A DNA stretch of 54,121 bases, the filler included, from Asterionella formosa (lineage: Eukaryota): assembly GCA_002256025.1 (NCBI GenBank). It is 4 parts of 4 records of this genome, joined end to end, with 100 filler letters (N's around TTAATTAATTAA, not from the genome) between each part and the next. Parts side by side here need not be neighbours in the genome. Positions count along the whole stretch, not along the records: positions 40,673 to 54,121 come from NKIB01006680.1; 3 more parts are not named here. One strand, 5' to 3'. Under the pieces are notes generated by a model. It was not told where the DNA came from. It searched no databases and was given only the letters and a program-made list of their open reading frames with translations. Positions 45,338-54,121 of this stretch are shown here, one piece after another; within the stretch, counting starts at the first letter, position 1, and each line of letters starts with the position of its first letter. The position numbers were made by a program, and so were the translations under genes.

Positions 45338-45429
45338 TTTCATTTTTCCTTGATTCTTATTGAAAAGGATAGTAAATTTATAATTAATATTCATTAGTTA
45401 ATAGTAAGTTGTTAATACCAGTTGCATTA

Positions 45430-46070
45430 CAATTGAGAGAAAGCGGTTTCAAGATGTCAAGACAGGATTGACCTTCTTGAGAACATCTCCAATTCAATTG
45501 GCCTCATCAACACCAATTGAATTGGCATTGACATGAATTTAATTGCCTCAAAAATAAATTCAAGTCTGTCAAGCAATCAATCCAGTATTGACCATGAAGG
45601 GGTAATGGCCTTTGCACCATCATCACCAATTGAATTGGCATTGAGATCAAGTGTACTCACAACAGTATCGACCTTGAAGACCTGTGTTGATATTGACCTT
45701 GATAGGTTAATGGCCTTTGCACCGTCATCACCAACTGAAATGGCATTGAGATCAAGTGTAGTCATGACAGTGGTATCTACCTTGAAGACCTGTGTTGATG
45801 GCCTTGGCGCCATCAAGACCAATAGGATTAAAATCGAAAGCAACTGTAGTCAATTTAGCATTGACCTTGATAGCCTCTACAATATCCTTGGCGCCGACAA
45901 CATCAATTGAATTCTTCTTTGGTACATTAAGTTTCGCCGCAATGCTGCTCAAACTAGCCGAAAATTTGAGCGCATGCCATTTCTACGCAGCACCGGTATT
46001 TCGATTCGAATAACGACACCGGTCTATTACGTTCGTTTTCGTACAAAGCCTCTCCATCAGCCGCCGCCAT
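45430..46070 (-). pseudogene. Ribonuclease-inhibitor-type (NLRC3-like) LRR pseudogene
   Basis: Repeats TTLDLNAISVGDDGAKAI, STLDLNANSIGDDGAKAI, TTVAFDFNPIGLDGAKAI and NSIDVVGAKDIVEAIKVN lie in different frames with stops. Confidence 0.8.
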
Positions 46071-46329
46071 GGCTATAGTTAGTATGTTCGAACAGCATAA
46101 AGGATGTTCCGTTACGGTTTCGATACCGGTACCCACGTTGAGATTGATCGTCGTGAGTAAATTACGTGGAATTACTACAGAACATTTTCTACACATGCAG
46201 CGACATGAAACAATAGCAAAAACAGCAAGGCGTGTTACCGTAATTTGTACCGGTACCCACATTGATACACCGCCAAGCAAGGAATGTTTGTGTTGATATA
46301 GAGGAGAAACTATAGTTGATAATAAAATT

Positions 46330-49300
46330 TTAAAGTATGCATTTATGAGCCTCGACTATTGTGGAATTCTTTGGGTCGCACCGGGACGCGTAGCGCCCGG
46401 TATGAAAGAGGAAACTAGATAGGCGGAGAAGTAGGGCGTCGAGTAGCATTGCGTAATGTTAGAAATTGGCATATGGTACCCTGGCGGCAATGGTCCTGGC
46501 GATGGAGTAAGAGTAGACTGTAGTGCCCGGCTTTGTATATGTCTGACCAGGCTTCCATGGAGGAGGAGTGGAGGAGCCGGAAGGAAAGAGGTATACCAAA
46601 TAAATAGCCTCGCTCATCTGCAGGGACTGTATGTTGCAATCCATAGGCTAATTTGTTTGATGTCTGCCATAAGACGGCATGTGAATTTGGTGCGTGTACT
46701 GAGGAGAGTTGCTCCATGAACAAATGAGTTTCGTTCTGTCCACCGATCCATAGCATAGACTCGGAGACTACTTAAGAGAGGACAGGAGGTCTATTGAGCA
46801 GCGCTAGCTAAAATGAGATTCTGGATGCCTTTGTGATTGGTAAATAGACATGGTGGCTCCCAGGCTAGGGCCAGGTGACTGGCCGCGGAGTGCATGATTC
46901 CAGCCGATTGTGGTTTGGTGGTTGAAAGCGGTAAAAGCAGAGACCGCTATAGCATCTGAAGGAGTAAGATCTGCAAAGGGCCAGAGAGGAGAGGGATCTC
47001 CATTTTCCCAGGCCTGGATTCCAAATTCTAGAGCAAGCAAAAGCCAGGATTTCTGGTGTCTTGAGTTTGATTTTAATGTGAGAGATTAGTAGTGCTGCCC
47101 ATTTGGTAGATCGAAAAACCTGGGAATATGAGCCAGTCAGCACATCATGGTCGTGGGTTTCAGAGACCAGATTGCAGCGGGGACGCACATAAGGGAGAGG
47201 AAACTTGGTTCCGATGAAATAAAGAGCAGTTGACTGGCCATTGACCATTGGTGAGCGAGTTTGAACATGGCTAGGTGGTGACCATGAGAAAGATGACGAG
47301 TGGCGCGAGAAGAAGATGTCCAGTTGATGGAACAACTAATTTCTGGCGACCAGCCAAATTTGTTCTTAAAGTACTGGAAGTGTCGGGGTTGATAGTATGT
47401 ATTCGTATTAGTAGAGACCATGTTGGAGGCGACTGATTGGGAATGGATGGAAAGTGTAGCATAGACTGAGTGGATGTGTGTTGGAGAGTAGACATTGGGC
47501 ATTGCTGATATGCGGCATGGTTGAGATGATCAGACTGAATGTTGAGTTTGGCGGGAAGATTTAGGGTGTGGTAGGGGTGCCCCTCATCCTGATGACCCTT
47601 GACATGAACTACGGCAAAATCGACCGGAATAGATTTAAGGACTCACTGTGTGGTGGTGTGAACCAGGTCCCAGTCGGGTCGAAGGCAGTGCCTAATGGAG
47701 TAATGAGTCTGCGCCATCCTCTTGAGCAATGCAAGATTATCAACATGTGCTCAAACAATATACGGGGATGCTGGTGAGAGGAGATCAAAGTACGTTAAGA
47801 GGGCATGGAGGGCATAGACTGAACCTAGAAGCCCTGCTGCTTCTGCACGAAAGGAAGTGAGAGGAGTTGCTGTAGGTGTGATGGTATTCATGCCCCGGAG
47901 TTGAATTGTGCTGGAGAGCGGCCATGAATGATCCATGAGAAGGAACCATTGGGGTGCCGTATGGAGCCGTCAGTGGCGATTTCAAATGAATTTGATTTGA
48001 TATCTGTGAGTAAGGGGGAAATGTTGGGGGGAATGAATAGATCACCAATATAGTATCTTTACACCACAGGGAGAGTGTGAAGGTACTCTTTGAAAGAGAG
48101 TGGGTGCAAGACTGGGGTCATGTTGTTGGAGGGCAGCCAAGAGTGGAAGGTCAATATTTGAGGGTGTGGAAGCCAAGAGGAGACTGTAATAGGAATAGTT
48201 TGGCAAAGAAGAAGGGAAGTAGCGAAATGATTGGAATGGGGAGTAAACCGAAACCGTGTATTGCGGTGGTAAGGGGAGTGAAGAAGAGATGCTCATTGTG
48301 CACTCGACAATAAAGAGTAAAGGTAACCAGATCATAATGGGTTTGCCAGAGTTGGTGGGATGGGCTATGTGGTAGCCAGGAAGTTAAACGGCAGTGGGAG
48401 TGGAGATGAGGGGAACTTGTTTTGATAGTGAATAATTTGGAAAGTGTGAGACGCCATATGGTCCAGCTCTGCTGAGGACATGGATGCTCCTGCTTTGGCC
48501 ATGATAAAACAGATGATTGAGAGCCTTTGAAACCGTTCCAGAATGATTTTTTCCATGATGTTTCCAGTGCTATCCACGATTTCGGATTAAGTCAGCACTT
48601 GAAGATAAAGTCGGCAGCGGTTGAATTTTATTAATTCTGAAGTTGAAAGCATTTTGGAGTGAGCATGAGCAGCCACTCGGGGCATTAAATGACAGTCATT
48701 GAGACGGTCTAGTGGGAGTACGCAAGGCTCATAAAGGTGAAGTAGCCCAGAGGCTTCGGTTAGAAAATCCCAAGTTGTTGTTAACCATGTTGATTCTATA
48801 TACTTCGATACTTGGTGGAAGGAGTATGTAATGGGAGGATTATGAAAGAGTAAGTGAAGTTGGAGAGTATCCATAGTGATGCATAAAAGAGCGCCAACAT
48901 TTTCTTGTGCGCACAAGTGGCCAAGGAGATAGGTAAGATGATTAGTGCCTTGTTTAACCCGGATTTCAGTGAAGTTAAAGCCACTGTAAAGAATGGGGGG
49001 CAAAGATTATACTAGCACAGGAGGAGGTTTTGTGCAGGCTAGTCCCATTTTTGTGAGAAACACGCCTGTATACTAGGGGCGAAGATTATTTTACGCCTGT
49101 ATACTAGGGGCAAAGATTATAGCACGGGAGGTTGTGTGGGCTAGTCCCATTTTTATGAGAAACACGCCTGAATAAACGCGTTGATGAGTGGAACATTGTT
49201 CTCTGGAGAATGATGTGACTGCTAGTGGATAGTCTATGGCTGGACTCCACATCGCACAAAAGGCAGTGAAGACCTCAGTGCAAGTAAGTGGTGCTTTCGA

Positions 49301-52130
49301 GATATTAGCGACCCATTTAATGGCTTGATCATACCTGAATTGGAATTCTTGGTGAAAAGTTCCATCTGGAGCAGCGCGAACCCCCAATGAGTGGCAGCCA
49401 ATAGAGCTTTCTATGCGTGGAATGGAGTGAAGAGCCCATGAACGTCCAGAGGTCACTGTGAGTGTCACTGAGCGAAGGGTCGGATGCATTTGAGCGTAAA
49501 GTTGGAGACCCGTTTTGGTCCTCTTGAAAAGAGGAGACATTCCCAGTGTTGAGCGACTGTGTTCATGGTGCTTACTAATAGGTTGAAGCCAGATGAGGTG
49601 TCTGAGGTAAGCCAGAGATCAGTGTTGTCTACAAAGGTTTCTCCTGGGCGAGAGCTTGTGAGAATGCGTTGTAGACAATGTGCTGAGAAACCCGGCGGAG
49701 AGGAGAGTGAGGAGAGTGCCTGCAATAAAGCATTACTGACACACATCCAGATGCAGGGGGCGGTGCCACTCCCTTGTAGAACTCCAAGAATGAGAAGATT
49801 AGCACTGGTGGAGAAATATGCTGATGAGACTCCATATGTGGTGTGCACATAAAAGTGCATAGCTAGAATAACCGTGAGCATACATCTGGCCACAGAGCGA
49901 AGAGGGAATGCCAAATCACTCAGTCGCCATTAGGCCAATAGATGGGATCACTCTGTCATAGCAGGCCTTGGCATCATTATTAAATACTACTGCCGTGGTC
50001 CGGCGAAGGCGAATATAATCATAGGAGACTACTTTAAGAAGAAGTACGCTGGCTGAGGCAGCTTGCACCTGGTAAGTTTCCAAAGTTCCACCAGGTGAGG
50101 GCCTCATGAGAAAGGGCATGATACACCAAGCATCTGCCCCAGAGAATTAAGGCGAAAGGCCAAGTTCATATCAGCCTCTAGAAGTTGGATTACTCTGAGA
50201 TGAGTGATAAGAGGATTACCTGCATCTTTTTCTTACAAATTTGAATGGCAGTTGTCCAGCGAAGAGGGGCAAAACCTAGTCGAAAGGGGAGGCTAATCAT
50301 AAAGGCTAGCAGAGTGGAGATCCGATCGTCACGGGCGAGAACCTTGTAGTGAGTGAGGTGGTGTCCAGAGGGACTGGGTGCTGTAATTTCTGGCAATTTG
50401 CGGAAGCTTTGCTGGAAATAGTCCATTGAGATGGAAATATCAATTGGGTCATTACCTCTGAGAGAGTCTGGAATGGACATGGTTCTAAGGAATAAACCAA
50501 CTTCATCAAGTGGGTCGATTTCAGAAGTATAAAAATCGCCCAAGAGAATGGAGTCAGTTTGAGCATTGCATTCAAATGGGAATGAACAAGCTGAGGGAGT
50601 TCACCGGGAGATGGAGTAACTTGGCTGAAAAGTTTGGTATTTTGGTCTAAGATGGCATCAAATAAAGCAGTTGGGTCTGACAAGGATGTTGTTTGACTTT
50701 TTGGAAGGCAGGCCTTCAGAGAGAAGAGGTACCTCCACTCTTTGTAGTGTACAATAGCGCACCTCCTTTGCATGCTTGCGGAGTTTGTGGAAGGTCTGTC
50801 GCAACTCCTCAGCTTTCAATATGTTATTCAGGGCAATTTCAGCAGAAGTATCTGAGTCACGAGAAGCTTGGAAAGCGCGGTCTTCCAAATGGGTAGCTCT
50901 AAGGGCTGTGGATTGGGCCTGGCAGGCATCCAAAGCTAATCGAGCAGCTTTAAGACAGTTCAGCGTATATGAAAGATTATGTTGGCTCTGGATGAGGGCT
51001 GGAGCAGCTGGGTGGGTAAGAAGAGATGGAGTTGGAATGCTGGCTAGATAATCTCCAAATCTACGACAGTCAGACGATGAGCAGTGTTTCCAGAACATGT
51101 AGTCTTGACCTCTTCTCATTAAGGTAGGTGGCTGACCATGGATAGCCATAAGATTTGTGTGCAGACCGCTTCTCAGCATGAAGTAGAGCAGCGGTGAGAT
51201 TGCGATCGATCGATTCATATAAGGGCTGAATGATGGACAGTGAGGTAGTGGGTGATGCAAGTGTGACCAGATGTTCATAGCGGGAGAAGACTCTATGATG
51301 GGAGTGGAGGTATTCATGGACATATTCCAAGTAGCTGGTGCACTGATTATTACTTCGAAGTCGAAGTAGATGCCGGCTAGGAGTGGTGGGGTCAGTGGAG
51401 CAATCTTGGAAGAGAGCATGTTCATCGAGGTCTACATAAAGCGCGCGATGGTCGCTGAATGCCCTTTAGTGAAAGCTTAAGATACCGTCATGGCGGACTG
51501 CTGAAAGAAAGAATTTAGTGCCATGAATAAAGTCTATGAGACAACCTCTGGAGGATGTTGAGGCAACTTCAGGGATGTTGCGGGAGTCCAAAAGATTGTG
51601 TAAAGAGCAGGCTCGGAGTAATTGCACCATGTCTGGATCTGTGTGAAGAAAGTTGGCATCCCATATGAGTAAGACCTCATGATCAGCCTTGAGAAGAGTT
51701 TGAATGAAGGTTTGAAGAGAGTTAAGCATTGAGAGACAAGGGTTAGGAGACAGAATGCTGCTGTGCTGAATGAGATAGGACCTTTGGTGTTCATATGCTG
51801 TGAGAGGGCCCAAGCATTGGTTTTGACGCACCCTATACCTAGTAGGCTGTCATGAATGTGAGACGGTGATGATTCAAGGAACGTAATGTTTGAAAACTCC
51901 AACGCCCAAGAGGGTCACTCCCTGAGTCGAGAACCCTGCCACTGCTCCTACCAGTGACTAGTTGTAGAGTACTGTCTGCCTGTGATACTGATGTGAATGG
52001 AACAGAGTGTGGGGTATGAGCAGTGGTAGCAAGGCAACTGTAAGGCCATCGAGTTTTGAGGGAAGAAGATATGGATTGATGAATCTGATGATGGGACCAA
52101 TTGATATTGGTTTCAGAGAGGCCTATTATT
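46330..52130 (-). mobile_element. Decayed non-LTR retrotransposon (APE-RT-RNase H; Ambal-like), 5'-truncated
   Basis: APE: GLSETNINW, DPLGRWS, WDAN, IDFI and SDHRALYVD. RT: NDAKACYDR, GVLQGSGTAPCIW, FVDNTD and LGVRAAPDG. RNase H: SFRAEAAG. C-terminal IGWNHALRG. Many frameshifts. Confidence 0.92.
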
Positions 52131-52659
52131 GTGGGACAGAGAGAGACGCCGTTTCCGGCACTTTTTCGAATTTATGTCTAAAGTGACGTATTTATGCTAC
52201 TTAAAAAAAATATTATGTTACTTTTTTGAAATATTGTTTTACTTGTTCCCTAATTTATTGGGGTTAAAGAAAAATTTATTTCACTTATCGAATAATTATG
52301 TGATCACACCAATAATTTTGTGTGTTCGTGACAATATATGTTGACCAACTAGCCATTGCGACATTATAAAAGCGAAATTATGCTGCTCCGCTACAATATT
52401 ATGCTTTCACCATATAATGAGCGAAAGAGTCGCCAATTCCGATTCAGTTATTATTTTTTCTGCTCCGACATATTTCTTTGATCTCAACTGGCAAATAATA
52501 ACACATGCAATACGAAGATTCACACAGTAGAATTCAGCACACGTATTAGTTTTTGATGTTGTAGACACATTGTTTATTCATTGTTGATTGTAGAGATAAC
52601 AATAGCCTGCCAGATTAGAAATAAAGCACTGTTGGTCTTCGTTGAGCGTCGTTGAGCAT

Positions 52660-53490
52660 TACATGTAATGTCTCCGTAGTGAATCGAAATTGAGATGTGC
52701 CACAATGGCCTTCTCCGTTTCGGAGCAGCTACAAAAAGTCTACAGCGATAACTCTAGCAAGTACAATATAGAAAAAGAAGGAAAGGATGAGTAGCTGACA
52801 ACAATTGAATCCGTAAATTCGTTAAGAAACAGCTGTTGCATATTTCAACCTTGCATGTCGCCGTAGTGAGTCAAAATTGAGATGTGCCGCAATGGCCTTC
52901 TCCGTTTCGGAGCAGCTACAAATAGTCTACAGCGATAACTCTAGCAAGTACAATATAGAAAAAGAAGGAAAGGATGAGTAGCTGACAACAATTGAATTCG
53001 TAAATTCGTTAAGAAACAGCTGTTGCATATTTTTAATATTCAATGCATGTTGCCATAGTGAGTCGAAATTGAGATGTGCCGCAATGGCCGTCTCCTTTTT
53101 GGAGCGGCTACAAATAGTATACAGCGATAACTCTAGCAAGTTTAAAATAGAAAAAGAAGCAAAGGATGAGCAGCTGTCATCAAATGATTTCGTAAAATTG
53201 TTTAGAAACAGCTGTTGCATATTTTAACATTCAATGCATGTCGCTGTCGTGAGTCGAAATTGAGATGTGCCATAATGTCCTTCTCCGGTTTGGACCAGAT
53301 AGCAACAGTCTGAAGCGATAACTTTAGCAAGCAAAATATGGAAAAGATGCAAAGGATGAGTAGATGACAACAATTAAATTCGTAAATTCGTTAAGAAACA
53401 GCTGTTGCATATTTTAACATTCATTCTATGTCGCCATAGTGAGTCAAAATTGAGATGTGCCGCAATGACATTCTCCTTTTCCGATCGGCT
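52660..53490. repeat. Tandem array of ~190-bp units (about 4.4 copies), with diverged units continuing to 54121
   Basis: AAATTGAGATGTGCC recurs near 52687, 52874, 53066, 53257 and 53447, with a degenerate copy near 53816. 53849-53930 matches 54039-54121 at the same period. Confidence 0.9.
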
Positions 53491-54121
53491 AGATTACATC
53501 TATATTGATAAATGTAGCAATAACAAATTGGTCACAAAGGCAAGGGCCAAGGAGATGAGGACTATTAACTTCATTGAATTCAACCACTCCATAGCTAACC
53601 TGTATTTTTCGCAATATTTCGCGCTTTTTCTGTACACCACCAGTCAATGCGCACCAATAATATTTGCTGATGTCTGATTTGACCAATAAAACTCTTAGCA
53701 GTTTAGTAGATGGATGCAATTTGGTATGAAAATAATAGCTTTGAGTTTTGGTGTGTCCCTGCTGATGTACTAACTATCATCACGGCATACTAGCACATCC
53801 TCTGGTAGTGAATCAAAAATGAGAAGTGCCACAATCGCCATCTAGCTACACATCCTGATGCCTCCTCTGATCAAAATATGTTCATTATGAGTATTTCGAC
53901 TTTTGACTTGATGGCATTGATCTTTTGTACATCGAATGCTATGCTGGATAGAAATCGGCCTTAATTTGGTGGAGAAAGATGGTTTGGAATTTTGGTTGCC
54001 ACAGCACTGATGATCAGTCCACAAGCACAGCAAATTTACACATCCTGACGTCTCCTTTGATCAATATATGTTTGTTCTGAGAATATCGACGTTCAAAATG
54101 ACAGCATTGATCTCATGTACA

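Noticed and set aside
46340..46420. Hammerhead ribozyme or Helitron 3' end at the hairpin
   Set aside because: No CTGATGA core. The CTAG is followed by A rather than T, and no Helitron 5' end or Rep/helicase is visible.
52660..53490. CRISPR-like array
   Set aside because: Whole ~190-bp units repeat with no unique spacers, there are no cas genes, and the context is eukaryotic.

Overview
Eukaryotic nuclear DNA, almost certainly a diatom: it has GT-AG introns, bipartite plastid/periplastid presequences, a SELMA-type ubiquitin, CoDi-like copia elements and an Ambal-like LINE. The window is not one locus. It consists of four size-sorted scaffolds (1-13469, 13570-27021, 27122-40572, 40673-54121) joined by 100-nt N44-TTAATTAATTAA-N44 linkers, so gene order across linkers is meaningless. 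About 12 intact host genes are present: a PDZ protein, ketopantoate reductase, metaxin-like, periplastid ubiquitin fusion, tandem sulfotransferase, Bub1/Mad3 kinase, a plastid membrane protein, a Gbp2-like RRM protein, a Pta N-terminal-like protein, DUF1445, Got1 and a prefoldin-like protein. They sit among many transposon relics. Most notable: (1) a copia-type 5' LTR whose PBS is complementary to its own LTR, giving Tf1-like self-priming geometry; (2) repeated TA-duplicating micro-insertions, seen by comparing repeat copies, that could explain the GGTACC/CCWGG-rich intergenic DNA; (3) a K48/K63-less periplastid ubiquitin with a spliced 138-aa C-terminal extension; (4) Harbinger-like and Kolobok-like elements sharing one TTAA target; (5) a transposon end that supplies a host gene's stop codon. 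All calls are by eye and no searches were run.
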